DNA of 64,000 bases, taken from the NCBI GenBank assembly GCA_043821585.1, contig JBDRCQ010000002.1:133969-197968 (forward strand), in the 5' to 3' direction. Below are positions 44,220-53,256 of this stretch, in pieces. Source of the DNA: an archaeon. GTDB lineage: Archaea; Nanobdellota; Nanobdellia; Pacearchaeales; GW2011-AR1. Position 1 is the stretch's first letter. Every line of letters starts with the position of its first letter. The notes below the pieces were generated by a model. That model saw only the letters and a list, made by a program, of their open reading frames with translations, was not told the origin of the DNA and did no database searches. The translations under genes were made by a program, and so were the position numbers.

Positions 44220-45212
44220 TTATCTTGCCCACTTGCTAATCATTTGTAGGACGTCAATAACTCTGTTGGAGTAGCCCCACTCATTGTCATACCAAGCAAG
44301 GACTTTTATGAGGTTGCCATCAACCTGGGTGCATTTTGCGTCTACGACGGAGGAATGGGTATTGCCGATTATGTCTGATGAAACTAGTTCTTCTTCGCTG
44401 TATTCTATGATGCCTTTCATTTCTTTTTGGGAGGCTTTTTTTAGGGCAGAGTTGATCTGTTCTACAGAATATTCTTTTTCTAGTTCGGCTACGAGGTCGA
44501 CAAGTGAGCCGCATGCGACTGGAACTCTTACAGCGAGGCCGTTGATTTTGCCGAGAAGTTCTGGCATGATTTCGACGACTGATTCAGCTGCGCCTGTTGT
44601 TGTTGGGATTATGTTCTGTGAGGCTGCTCGGCCTCTGCGGAGTTTTTTGTGGAATTCGTCATGTGTTGCTTGGTCGTTTGTGAATGCGTGGACGGTGGTC
44701 ATTAGCGCTCTTTTGATTTTGAAGTTATCGTGGATGATTTTTACAATAGGCGTTAGGCAGTTTGTTGTGCAGGAAGCTACTGAAATGATCTTGTGGTCTT
44801 TGTTTAGCTTCTGGTGGTTGACGCCCGGAACGATAGTTATGTCCGGTTTTTTTGCGGGTGAAGTGATTATTACTTTTTTTGCTCCGTTTTTTAAGTGGAT
44901 TGATGCGGATTCGCGGTCGCGGAAGACTCCAGTGCTTTCGATTACAACGTCAACGCCGAGTTTTTTCCAGGGCAATTTGTTTATGTCTCTTTCTGAGAGA
45001 AGTTTGATCTTTTTGTTGTTGATTATTATGTTGTCTTTGTCTTTTGAGACTTTGCCCTTGAATGGGCCGTAGACTGTGTCGTGTTTGATTAGGTATTCTG
45101 CGGCTTCGATTCCGTGTGGGTCGTTGATTGCTACGACGTTTAGCTTTTTTTCTAGCGCTATTCTGAGAATTACTCTGCCGATTCGGCCGAAGCCGTTGAT
45201 TGCTATTTTCAT
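44220..45212 (-). CDS. gap: glyceraldehyde-3-phosphate dehydrogenase, class I (bacterial/eukaryotic type)
   Basis: It has MKIAINGFGRIGR, the active site SCTTNCL, and WYDNEWGYS. The true start is ATG 45212. The track N-terminal extension runs through the GC-rich leader. Confidence 0.95.
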   Translation of the reverse strand: MKIAINGFGRIGRVILRIALEKKLNVVAINDPHGIEAAEYLIKHDTVYGPFKGKVSKDKDNIIINNKKIKLLSERDINKLPWKKLGVDVVIESTGVFRDRESASIHLKNGAKKVIITSPAKKPDITIVPGVNHQKLNKDHKIISVASCTTNCLTPIVKIIHDNFKIKRALMTTVHAFTNDQATHDEFHKKLRRGRAASQNIIPTTTGAAESVVEIMPELLGKINGLAVRVPVACGSLVDLVAELEKEYSVEQINSALKKASQKEMKGIIEYSEEELVSSDIIGNTHSSVVDAKCTQVDGNLIKVLAWYDNEWGYSNRVIDVLQMISKWAR

Positions 45213-45420
45213 TTTTTGTTTTGGAGGTGGTTGTGACGCGATGCGTTCCCAACTCGCGGTCACGCACGTTGCCAATGTTAGACAATACTCGGTACGTGAC
45301 GCGCTCGCCCACCCTGCCCTGTTTGTGCCGACGCTTTTCGTTTAGCGAGTTTGCGTCGGCCGATTAATAGCGCATCGCTATCTTGTGAGGGTCGGGATTA
45401 CGCGTTATTAGGACCTCTTT
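45213..45420 (-). repeat. GC-rich structured leader element upstream of gap (family member E1)
   Basis: TCCCAACTCG lies at 45247-45256. There is an 8-bp perfect stem GCCGACGC/GCGTCGGC (45327-45334 / 45353-45360), plus the stem GTGACGCG…CGCGGTCAC and CCCACCCTG at 45308-45316. Confidence 0.5.
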
Positions 45421-45463
45421 GTTTATGTTAAGAAGTGGGAAGAGAGATTTATTAAGGTTGCGG

Positions 45464-46660
45464 TTAGTTTTCTTTGATTCTAGAGAATACAATTATCGCG
45501 GGAATTAAGATTATGCTTGAGATTAATATTGTATGTCTGCTTCCGATGGTGTCTACGAGGAGCCCCCCTATCGGTGCCGCGATGATGCTTATTACTGATA
45601 AGAACATTGATTCTACGGAGCCTATGCTCGCCCTTAGTTTGCTTGGAATAAATTTTTGGAAATATATCCTTTCTGCCGGTTTTCTCGCGAAGTCAAAGAA
45701 TGCATTTAAGAAGATTAATAGAAGGGCGAACGCTAGCACTTGTGCTAGTGAGATAATTAAAAGTGAAATTGCTGCGAATAGGATTGTCGTTATTATGAAT
45801 GTTCTTTCTCGGTTTTTGGCGTAGAACCTTTGAGTTATGAGTGGGGCGATTACACCCATAAGAGCAACGCCAGACCAAACGTACCCGAACGCGTAGTCCG
45901 GTAAGCCAAGGTCTTGTAGGAATGGAACCGATGCGATGTTTTCTGTCATTTCTGTTGCGAGAAGAACGAATGCAGAAGCGATTAAGAAATAGAAGATAAC
46001 TTTGTTTTTGTAGCTGTATTTTATGGCTTTAGAAGATTGTTGTTTAATCTCCTTGAGCGCATCCTTTGTTTCTATGCGTCTTTTTTTGTAGTTTTCTTTT
46101 GCAAAAATCATAAGAACTGTGGCAATGAAGAATGATGCGGCCGTTATGGGGAAGATTACTTTCGTGCCGAATATTCCAACTAATACCACGCCAATGAGTC
46201 CTGAAAAGATTAGTGCTGCGCTGTCGAAAACTCTTGTTTTCACAAAGAAACTTTGTAAAAGGTTTTTTTTGTTTTTCCTTATCAAATCGGTTGCCCACGC
46301 TTCATACGCTCCGGAGTTGAATGTTAGGGAAAACCCGATTAGGGCCGAAAGCGATAGCAAGGCATAATAGTTTGTTGTAAAAAACATTAAGAGGAAGAAA
46401 ACTCCTGTCAGGACATTCCCTAGAATGACTGAGAACTTTCTGCCGTATAAATCAGCTATCGCGCCAGTCGGAATCTCCGAAACGAGCATTATTGTGGCAG
46501 GGGCAGAATATGCAAGGATGCCAATTTGAAATAAACTGAATCCTAAGTCTTTTAGGTAGATAATTAGAAAGAGGGGATAAAAATAAAGTAAGGGAGAAAT
46601 TATGGAATCTAGGTAGAAGGGCCAGAGAAGTTTGAGTTCACCTTTTTGGAATAGTTTCAT
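45464..46660 (-). CDS. MFS transporter
   Basis: 398 aa with about 12 TM segments and the loop motif GAIADLYGRK (MFS motif A-like). Confidence 0.8.
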   Translation of the reverse strand: MKLFQKGELKLLWPFYLDSIISPLLYFYPLFLIIYLKDLGFSLFQIGILAYSAPATIMLVSEIPTGAIADLYGRKFSVILGNVLTGVFFLLMFFTTNYYALLSLSALIGFSLTFNSGAYEAWATDLIRKNKKNLLQSFFVKTRVFDSAALIFSGLIGVVLVGIFGTKVIFPITAASFFIATVLMIFAKENYKKRRIETKDALKEIKQQSSKAIKYSYKNKVIFYFLIASAFVLLATEMTENIASVPFLQDLGLPDYAFGYVWSGVALMGVIAPLITQRFYAKNRERTFIITTILFAAISLLIISLAQVLAFALLLIFLNAFFDFARKPAERIYFQKFIPSKLRASIGSVESMFLSVISIIAAPIGGLLVDTIGSRHTILISSIILIPAIIVFSRIKEN

Positions 46661-46759
46661 TTTATTTTAGGGCGAGGATCTCTGATAAATGTTTTGGTTA
46701 ATGATCAGTTTTTTCAAGGGTAGTTTAGATATTTCCTTGGAAAATACCTACTTTTTTGT

Positions 46760-46984
46760 TCAAGTACGACTGATTGGTCCGCCTAAAGCTCTAACTTCTT
46801 CATCTCCAAGGACTCCTTCTAGGAGTCTAATATTTTCCTTTAATTCTCTCCCGTGGAGTGTAAGTGAGTTTTCTTCTAATCTATCTGTGCATTTGTAATT
46901 GGTTGTTCTATAACTGGCAGCTTCGCTAAGAAGTTCTTTGTATCTGTCTCTTGCTCTTTCGGCTATTTGTGTTTCGTTTGTCAT
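46760..46984 (-). CDS. hypothetical protein (74 aa)
   Basis: ATG ORF with charged, helical composition. Confidence 0.35.
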   Translation of the reverse strand: MTNETQIAERARDRYKELLSEAASYRTTNYKCTDRLEENSLTLHGRELKENIRLLEGVLGDEEVRALGGPISRT

Positions 46985-47058
46985 GTTTTTTTAAGGCCAA
47001 ATAAGAATTTAAATCTTTCTATTGTTACTACTTTTAGATTACTGCTAATCTTCTTTTG

Positions 47059-47283
47059 TTAGGCTTCTACAGAAACGCATTCGCCTTTAAGGCAGAGGCA
47101 GTCGAGACTTCTGTCGCCTCGGTGTGAGCAGTCGCAGTCTTCGTTTGAGAAAGTTCTTAGTGCTACGATTAGTAGCATAAGGACGATTGCAATTGTTAGG
47201 ATTATTTTTGTTGGTTTTTTCATGCTAATCATTTGATCGGCTTCGTTAAAAATCTTTTCTTTTGCAGTTTTGAATTCCCTCAT
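47059..47283 (-). CDS. small single-TM protein with Cys-rich C-terminus
   Basis: The product starts MREFKTAKEKIF, has the TM helix ILTIAIVLMLLIVAL, and ends CDCSHRGDRSLDCLCLKGECV. The TTG extension in the track is rejected. Confidence 0.45.
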   Translation of the reverse strand: MREFKTAKEKIFNEADQMISMKKPTKIILTIAIVLMLLIVALRTFSNEDCDCSHRGDRSLDCLCLKGECVSVEA

Positions 47284-47433
47284 GAGTTTCACTTTCAGTG
47301 AAAATCCCAACTCGTAGCCACGCGCCCAGATTAGTGGCGCTTTGTGACGTATAACTTGCTCGCCCTACCTACGCCTCCTTCCCGCACCAATCAAACGAGT
47401 AAACCTGCAATCTTGGGCTTTTTCCAACAAATC
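47284..47433 (-). repeat. GC-rich structured element (family member E2) between the P-type ATPase stop and the small membrane protein gene
   Basis: TCCCAACTCG lies at 47305-47314 and GCCCAGATTAGTG at 47323-47335. There is a stem GCCAC…GTGGC, and GCTCGCCCTACC aligns with E1. Confidence 0.5.
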
Positions 47434-50076
47434 TTATATTTCCATCAAGTTTAGGAACTTCTTTTTGTTGTTTATCTTTTTCGCAATGTCAAATATTGCC
47501 AGGAGAGCGAGTGAAAAGGCTATCGCAATGCCCCAGTCAGCTAGGGTGATTGGTACGGTTTCGAAAACTTTGTTAAGTGGCGTGTAAACTATTGCGAGTG
47601 TGGCTATGAGTGAGATTATTGAAGCATAGACTAGATATTTGTTGACGAGTGGTGAGCGGTTTAGTACTCCTTTTCTGAATGATCTAAAGTTGAATGCGGA
47701 GGCGATTTCCAGCGTTATGAGGGATACCAAGGCGGTTGTTCTGGCGTATTCAATGTTTCGATCTAGGATATTGAACGTGAAGAAGAACACCGTTAGGACA
47801 AATAGAGCTAGCAGACTTCCTGTTAAGATTAACAAGATAATGAAGTTTTTGTTTAGGAGTTCTGATTTTTTTCTAGGTGTTGCGTCCATTACATCTGTTG
47901 AGGAGGGGTTGAAGCCAAGGGTGATGGCTGGTAGATTATCCGTGACAAGGTTCATGAAGAGAATTTGTAGGGCGAATAGTAGAGGGATTTGCCAGCCAAG
48001 AAGCGGAGTGAGTAGGACGCCGACAAAGATGATAGTTAGCTCGGCAAAATTGCAGGAAAGTTGATAGGTCACAAATTTTCTTACGTTTCTGAAGATTGTT
48101 CGGCCTTCTTTGATCGCCGAGACTATTGTTGTGAAGTCGTCGTCTTTTAATGTCAGGTCGGCGACTTCTCTTGAGACGTCTGTTCCGTTTTTTCCCATTG
48201 CAACGCCGATGTGTGCTTCTTTGAGTGCAGGTGCGTCGTTGACTCCATCGCCAGTCATTGTAACTATCTCGCCATTTGCTTTCAGAGCTTTGACTATCCT
48301 TAATTTATGTTCCGGTTTTACTCTGGCCAGAATGACAATCGAACCGATTACTTTTGAAAGTTCTTCATCTGTAATACGATCTAGTTCGTGCCCCTCCATT
48401 ACTTTTCCGCGAAGTCCGATTTGGTTTGCTATTGACAATGCAGTTTCTTTGTTGTCGCCTGTGATCATTTTAACTTTGATACCTGCTTTGAGGCAGATTT
48501 TGATAGATTCTTTGACGCCTTCTCGAGGCGGATCTTCCATGCCAACTAAGCCTAGGAAAATTAGGTCTTGTTCAAGTGTTCTCTTTTCAAATACTGAAAC
48601 TTTTTTGTAGGTAATTGCGAGAGTTCTCAATGTTTGAGATGTCATCCTAATGTTTTCTTTTAGGATTTTCTTTTTGTCCTTGGTTGTCAGTTTGAAAACG
48701 CCGTTGTGTCTTTGAATGTATGCGCATTTTTCCAGAATAAACTCAAGAGCGCCCTTTGAGAAGACGAAATTTTCTTTTTCGCGTTTGCAGACAACAGTCA
48801 TTCTTTTTCGTTCTGAACTGAAGGGTATTTCTTCGATTCTTTTTAGTTTTAGGTCCTCTTTGTAAAGGCCTTGTTTAGCAGCCATTATTAATAATGCTGC
48901 TTCTGTTGGCGTTCCGGAGATTTTGAATGTGTTTTCCTCGCCGGCTCTTTCTATTCGAGAGTCATTGCATGATATTGCAGCTCTTAACAACAGGTCCAGA
49001 ACAGGTTCCTTTCCGATTGAAATCTTTTTACCCGAGGAGGTGAAGTCTCCTGACGCTTCGTAACCTGTTCCAGAAATTTCTATTATTTTGTTGTCAGAGA
49101 ATATTCGGTTGACAGTCATTTCTCCTTTTGTGATTGTTCCGGTTTTGTCAGAGCAGATGACGGTTGTTTCGCCGAGCGTTTCGATGGTGGACATTCTGTT
49201 GACGATCGCATTTTCTTTGGCCATCTTTCTGGCGCCGCTGGCCAGGGTTGTTATTAATACAACTGGAAAACCTTCTGGAAAGGCAGAGACTGAAAGAGCA
49301 ATTACCAGGATTAGCGCTTCGATGACAAAGGTTTGCGAGAGCTCGGGGGCTCTCCAGAGCATTAGTAAGCCTGTTAAAATAGAGACTGTGATCGCAAGAG
49401 TGGCCATATATTTAGCAATTTTGTTGATTTTCTTTTGGAGAGGGAGTTCTTTTTCTGCGGTTGAGATCATGTGAGCAATTTTTCCAAATTTTGTGTTCAT
49501 GCCTGTGTGGAGAACATTGGCCAGGCATTTTCCGTTTACCACGAATGAACCCATGAATATGAGGTTTTTGTCAGAATATTTTTTAAGGTTTTTCGCAGTT
49601 TCTTTTTTTATCTCTTTGGATTCTCCGGTGAGGATTGATTCGTTTATGTAAAGCTCTTTTTCTTCCAGGATGATGCAGTCTGCAGGAATCTTCTCGCCGC
49701 TTCTGAGAACTAAGATGTCGCCGGGAACTATCTGGGTGGAAAGAATCTCTTGTTCTTTGTTGTCGCGGATCACTATAGAAACTGGTAGGATAATTTTTTT
49801 CAAGGCTTTGATTGCTTTGTCTGCTCTGTACTCTTGTATGAAACCAAGAGATACAACCATCACGATTACTGCGATTATTGTATACGCGGTGATTGACTTA
49901 CCTACAAAGAAAGAGATAAGCATTGCAGCGAGTAAGAGGTAAATTATGAAGTTGTTTTTTATTTGTCTTGTGAGAATTCTTAGAGGGGTATTTAGTGAGA
50001 CCTCTTGGATCTCGTTTGTGCCGAACCTCTCTAAAATGGCTTCAGCTTCTTCTTTTGTAAGACCTCTTTTTTCCAT
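47434..50076 (-). CDS. P-type cation-transporting ATPase (type II, Ca2+/cation-like)
   Basis: Motifs present are TGES, the phosphorylation site CSDKTGTIT, MITGDN and TGDGVNDAPALKEA. The protein is 880 aa with about 10 TM segments. Confidence 0.95.
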   Translation of the reverse strand: MEKRGLTKEEAEAILERFGTNEIQEVSLNTPLRILTRQIKNNFIIYLLLAAMLISFFVGKSITAYTIIAVIVMVVSLGFIQEYRADKAIKALKKIILPVSIVIRDNKEQEILSTQIVPGDILVLRSGEKIPADCIILEEKELYINESILTGESKEIKKETAKNLKKYSDKNLIFMGSFVVNGKCLANVLHTGMNTKFGKIAHMISTAEKELPLQKKINKIAKYMATLAITVSILTGLLMLWRAPELSQTFVIEALILVIALSVSAFPEGFPVVLITTLASGARKMAKENAIVNRMSTIETLGETTVICSDKTGTITKGEMTVNRIFSDNKIIEISGTGYEASGDFTSSGKKISIGKEPVLDLLLRAAISCNDSRIERAGEENTFKISGTPTEAALLIMAAKQGLYKEDLKLKRIEEIPFSSERKRMTVVCKREKENFVFSKGALEFILEKCAYIQRHNGVFKLTTKDKKKILKENIRMTSQTLRTLAITYKKVSVFEKRTLEQDLIFLGLVGMEDPPREGVKESIKICLKAGIKVKMITGDNKETALSIANQIGLRGKVMEGHELDRITDEELSKVIGSIVILARVKPEHKLRIVKALKANGEIVTMTGDGVNDAPALKEAHIGVAMGKNGTDVSREVADLTLKDDDFTTIVSAIKEGRTIFRNVRKFVTYQLSCNFAELTIIFVGVLLTPLLGWQIPLLFALQILFMNLVTDNLPAITLGFNPSSTDVMDATPRKKSELLNKNFIILLILTGSLLALFVLTVFFFTFNILDRNIEYARTTALVSLITLEIASAFNFRSFRKGVLNRSPLVNKYLVYASIISLIATLAIVYTPLNKVFETVPITLADWGIAIAFSLALLAIFDIAKKINNKKKFLNLMEI

Positions 50077-50153
50077 AAGCTAAATCTCTTTAGTTGGTGG
50101 GAAACAACCTTTTTATACTCTTTTCTCGTTGTTAAACCATAAAAGAGGTAAAA

Positions 50154-50990
50154 ATGAAAATACTTGCGTTAGATATCGGTGGGACGAATGTTCGTTCGGC
50201 GATTGTTAAGGGAATGAAGCTTTGTGATTATCGCAAGATTAAGACGCCGGCGAAACAGAAGGAAGAGGTTAAGTGCCTTTTTGATGTTGTCTCGGGTTAT
50301 GGTAAGGTTGATGCGATTTGTATATCGACTGCAGGTTTTTTGAGGGATGGGAAGATTGTTCTTTCTTTGAATAACGATATGGATGGCGTGCCCTTGCCGG
50401 GTGTTTTGAAGAAGAAATTTAGGACTAATGTATATGTGGGGAATGATGCGAATTGTGCGGCATTGGCGGAGTTTTATTATGGTGCTGGTCGGGGGCGGCG
50501 TAATTTTATTTTGATTACTCTTGGTTCGGGAATTGGTGGGGGTGCGATTTTGAATGGGAAATTGTATTGTGGTGGCGGTGGAGCGATTGAGCCCGGGAGT
50601 ATGAGGATTGATGGCGAGAAATATATCTGGGAGGAGTTGGCTTCGGGGAATGCTTCGATTAGGGTTGCTCGAGAAATGGGTTTTAAGGGGATCACGAGTC
50701 TGGAGTTAGAGCATAAGGCAGATGCAGGGAATGCGAAGGCTAAGAATGTTTATGACATTGTTGGAAAGAATATTGGTCTTGGGCTTGCTAATTTAGCTTA
50801 TATCTTTGATCCGGAGTTGTTGGTTGTTGGAGGGGGTTTTAGTAGAGTAAAGTACATTTACCCTGAAATGAATAAGACGTTCAAGAGATTGTACAAGTTG
50901 AATCCGAAGCCGAAGATTGTTAAGGCTAAATTTGGGGATGATGCTGGTTTGATTGGTGCTTCTTTACTTGTGAAGGAAAAAAATGGATAG
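50154..50990 (+). CDS. ROK-family sugar kinase (glucokinase-like)
   Basis: Motifs present are LALDIGGTNVR, GNDANCAALAE and GSGIGGG. Confidence 0.8.
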   Translation: MKILALDIGGTNVRSAIVKGMKLCDYRKIKTPAKQKEEVKCLFDVVSGYGKVDAICISTAGFLRDGKIVLSLNNDMDGVPLPGVLKKKFRTNVYVGNDANCAALAEFYYGAGRGRRNFILITLGSGIGGGAILNGKLYCGGGGAIEPGSMRIDGEKYIWEELASGNASIRVAREMGFKGITSLELEHKADAGNAKAKNVYDIVGKNIGLGLANLAYIFDPELLVVGGGFSRVKYIYPEMNKTFKRLYKLNPKPKIVKAKFGDDAGLIGASLLVKEKNG

Positions 50991-51768
50991 TGCGATGGCA
51001 GTTGCAGGTCAGCAGGAACAAGCTCCTCCGGTGCAGCAGCCGAGGTCTAAGATCTGGATTTATGTAATGGTTGCGGTTTTTATTGTGATAGTTGTGATTG
51101 CTAGTGTTGCAGTGGTTTATCTTACCAATAAGCAAAGCAGTAAGGAGGAAGTTGTTGAAGCCCATATGACTTGGTTTAGGTGTTTGAGTTTGTGTCCTCT
51201 TATTCCGTATGAATCTCTCGTGAATGATGAGGTGGTTCGTACAGTTGACCCCAGTTGCATGTATGGATGTAATGATGAAGGGCATAGGGTCGAGTGGGAA
51301 TATGGCTATGTTTTATATCCCGGACCTATCGAGGAGGCTATTTCCCAGGGATATCTGGACTGTTTTAATCTGGCTAGGGCAGATTTAGATTTTGATCATG
51401 AAACTTGTTATAGTGAGTTGTTTGATAGGTATAAAGAGTATTACGATTTCAGCGATTATGAGCTGCCACATTATCAGGTTTATAGTTTGACGCTTGACGG
51501 TTTTACTTGTTATGAGGATCGTCTTGAGGTTAGTGTCACGTATAGCGAGGGAGATGATGTGGGGGGCAATGTTACAGTGGTGCTTGAGGGAGGAGATTAT
51601 ACTACTAAGGCTGTTCAGTTTGATGCCATTAATGTGGGGGATAGCGAGACTTATGTGGTTGTTTATGATGAACAGGGATTAGACTTTGATTATCTTAATG
51701 GCACTTTTTCTACGTCATTACTTATTCAAGGAAAAGGCACTACCTTGCAAGAGTGGTCTCAATGTTAA
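50983..51768 (+). CDS. membrane-anchored extracytoplasmic protein, unknown function
   Basis: The N-terminal TM helix is IWIYVMVAVFIVIVVIASVAVVYL. The C-terminal domain is acidic and Cys-containing. The start overlaps the ROK stop. Confidence 0.5.
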   Translation: MDSAMAVAGQQEQAPPVQQPRSKIWIYVMVAVFIVIVVIASVAVVYLTNKQSSKEEVVEAHMTWFRCLSLCPLIPYESLVNDEVVRTVDPSCMYGCNDEGHRVEWEYGYVLYPGPIEEAISQGYLDCFNLARADLDFDHETCYSELFDRYKEYYDFSDYELPHYQVYSLTLDGFTCYEDRLEVSVTYSEGDDVGGNVTVVLEGGDYTTKAVQFDAINVGDSETYVVVYDEQGLDFDYLNGTFSTSLLIQGKGTTLQEWSQC

Positions 51769-51802
51769 TCTAGCAAGGACCTAAATATTTTTATAGGGTT
51801 TT

Positions 51803-52357
51803 TTGGCTGGGCTTGTCATGAGAATTAGAGATAAATTGCCTTCTGCTTTCGTATTGTGGCATAAGGGGCTTGTAATGGTTGGCGTTAGGGGAATGTTTTC
51901 TGGGGAGCTTGGTGAGATTGGGGCATTGTTTGGCCAGGAGGGTTTTGGAGTTTCTCAGGTCGTTAAACAGCCTGAAAGGGATTTCTTGGCGGTTTTTGCT
52001 ACAGAGCAACCAATTGTTGATTTTACTGTTGATTTGTATGGGTCTGGGGCTTCGGCGATTGTTGCTTGGAGTTTGGATGTTGATAGAGTTGTGCCATTGA
52101 TTGAGCGAGTTGTGGATAGTCCTTCTTTTTCGTTGGATTCTGTTTTAGATCCTGGATTTGCTCGAACGCTTCAGAGCGAGTTTGTGATGGAATGCGCTGC
52201 TTATGAAATGTGTGAGGTGGCTTCTCGACAGAGTGGAATTGGGTTTGACGATTTATTTGCTACGATACGTTATGGCAATTTTTTGTATCAGTATAGGGGA
52301 GTTCCGGAGGAAGGGGCGTTGCAGTTGGCGGGCGAGAAGTATGGTTGTTCTTTGTGA
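51803..52357 (+). CDS. hypothetical protein (likely start ATG 51818)
   Basis: 184-aa ORF in a more GC-rich block. It shows faint resemblance to nucleotide-sugar dehydrogenase segments only. Confidence 0.4.
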   Translation: MAGLVMRIRDKLPSAFVLWHKGLVMVGVRGMFSGELGEIGALFGQEGFGVSQVVKQPERDFLAVFATEQPIVDFTVDLYGSGASAIVAWSLDVDRVVPLIERVVDSPSFSLDSVLDPGFARTLQSEFVMECAAYEMCEVASRQSGIGFDDLFATIRYGNFLYQYRGVPEEGALQLAGEKYGCSL

Positions 52358-52509
52358 GGGGCTACCACAACAATCTTTTTATAGCGTTTATTGGTGGGAT
52401 TTTTATGAAGGTTATATTAGAAACGCCAGGAAGGGGAGAAACTGTTAGTTTGGATCAGCCTGGATTGTATAAGATTGGTGCGCCTTAGGGTTTTAGCGGC
52501 GAGTTAGAC

Positions 52510-52857
52510 GTGAGGGTGGATGTTATGAAGATTGATATGCATCCCTCTTCGCCATATGAGTCTCATAGGGGAAGGCTTTTTGAGGGAAAGGTCGGAGGTC
52601 TTGCTGATGATGAGAAATTTAAACCCTTATCCGAGAAGCCTGTGTTGTTGCATTTGACTAAGGATTCTGCAGTGTTTTATGATTCTGCTGGGGAGCAAGG
52701 AGTTCGGCCTGATTGGAGTGGGTGGGGTCAAGAGAAAGCAGATGATATTGTTGATGTTTCGTCTCGTGTGGGGTGTGGTCATAGCGAGCTTTATATGAGG
52801 GGCGTGAGGTTTCATCTTTTTGTTGAGAAAGATGAAAAATCTTGTGGTGCTGTTTGA
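52510..52857 (+). CDS. hypothetical protein; same frame as an upstream 27-codon ATG ORF (52405-52485) separated only by TAG 52486-52488
   Basis: Track ORF with a GTG start. ATG 52525 has the upstream GAGGGTGG. The upstream in-frame piece is MKVILETPGRGETVSLDQPGLYKIGAP. Confidence 0.45.
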   Translation: MRVDVMKIDMHPSSPYESHRGRLFEGKVGGLADDEKFKPLSEKPVLLHLTKDSAVFYDSAGEQGVRPDWSGWGQEKADDIVDVSSRVGCGHSELYMRGVRFHLFVEKDEKSCGAV

Positions 52858-52861
52858 TTAA

Positions 52862-52930
52862 TTTAAAGAAAATAGCTTTAATTATAGGTGAGGCCGAAGG
52901 CCGAACGCGCTCGGCATGATTTGGATTTTT
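52862..52930 (+). ncRNA. conserved GC-rich hairpin element, copy 2
   Basis: TTAAAGAAAATAGCTTTAAT…GAGGCCGAAGGCCGAACGCGCTCGGCATGATTTGGATTTTT aligns with 24809-24880. The hairpin is GCCGA-ACGCGC-TCGGC. Confidence 0.35.
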
Positions 52931-52998
52931 GCAGGGGTTCGGGCAAGGAAATTATGGGAGATCAAAGAGTTTTTATAGCTCAACACTGGTAATTTTTC

Positions 52999-53202
52999 AT
53001 GGAAAGAGCGTATTGTCAAAATTGTGGAAGGGAAACAAATCACGTTGTGGTGGATGATCCCGGAACAACGGGCGGCAGGAAAGATTAGTACTCTTGTTAT
53101 GAGTGTGGCGAAGATAGAAAGAGATTATTCGAAGAGGGGGTTCGAATTGATTCTCAGGAAAGAACTTCTGTGCTTCCTGAAAACTCTTCAATGGCCGTGT
53201 AA
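52999..53202 (+). CDS. zinc-ribbon small protein interrupted by an in-frame TAG (53086-53088)
   Basis: The sequence is MERAYCQNCGRETNHVVVDDPGTTGGRKD-TAG-YSCYECGEDRKRLFEEG…MAV-TAA. The two CxxC pairs lie on either side of the TAG, and the second half has no start codon of its own. Confidence 0.45.
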
Positions 53203-53256
53203 GGTGCGATTGTGACTGAATAATTTTTTAAACCCTTGATCTTCTCTTTGTGGGAG

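Noticed and set aside
44220-45275. N-terminal extensions proposed by the ORF track for gap (to 45275), tpiA (to 60560), pgk (to 28898) and the 47059 gene (to 47310)
   Set aside because: The canonical N-termini begin at internal ATGs: MKIAINGFGRIGR, MIIINFKNY, MKLRTLSTLNV…VLLRLDLN and MREFKT. The extensions translate GC-rich leader elements or the upstream cdd gene, and some use TTG or GTG starts.
45076-45345. Small plus-strand ORF (MRSQLAVTHVANVRQYSVRDALAHPALFVPTLFV) with an upstream GGAGGTGG inside the gap leader
   Set aside because: The homologous element at 47284-47433 has a stop in the corresponding frame, so the conserved motif is read in different frames. The conservation is therefore at the nucleotide or structure level, not coding.
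45213-45420. Known structured RNA (SRP RNA, RNase P RNA, tRNA or split-tRNA half, C/D box sRNA) in the GC-rich segment upstream of gap
   Set aside because: I could not find the RNase P CR-I string GAGGAAAGTCC, a T-loop GGTTCRAATCC with a matching acceptor stem, convincing C (RUGAUGA) and D (CUGA) boxes, or SRP helix-8 motifs. The segment is also short for SRP or RNase P. It is kept as an uncharacterised structured element.
53086-53088. Genome-wide TAG reassignment or pyrrolysine as the explanation for the in-frame TAGs
   Set aside because: TAG terminates several well-supported genes in this window, for example at 644-646, 4118-4120 and 5915-5917. No pylS, pylT or pylBCD-like genes are recognisable here. 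The adjacent radical-SAM enzyme is SPASM-type rather than PylB-like. Only local readthrough, a pseudogene or a sequence error remain as options.
53024-53215. Uninterrupted 63-aa alternative-frame ORF overlapping the zinc-ribbon ORF
   Set aside because: It has a GTG start and W/K/L-rich sequence with no motif. The TAG-containing frame encodes two properly spaced CxxC pairs and begins with an ATG. I cannot fully exclude it, so the zinc-ribbon call has only moderate confidence.
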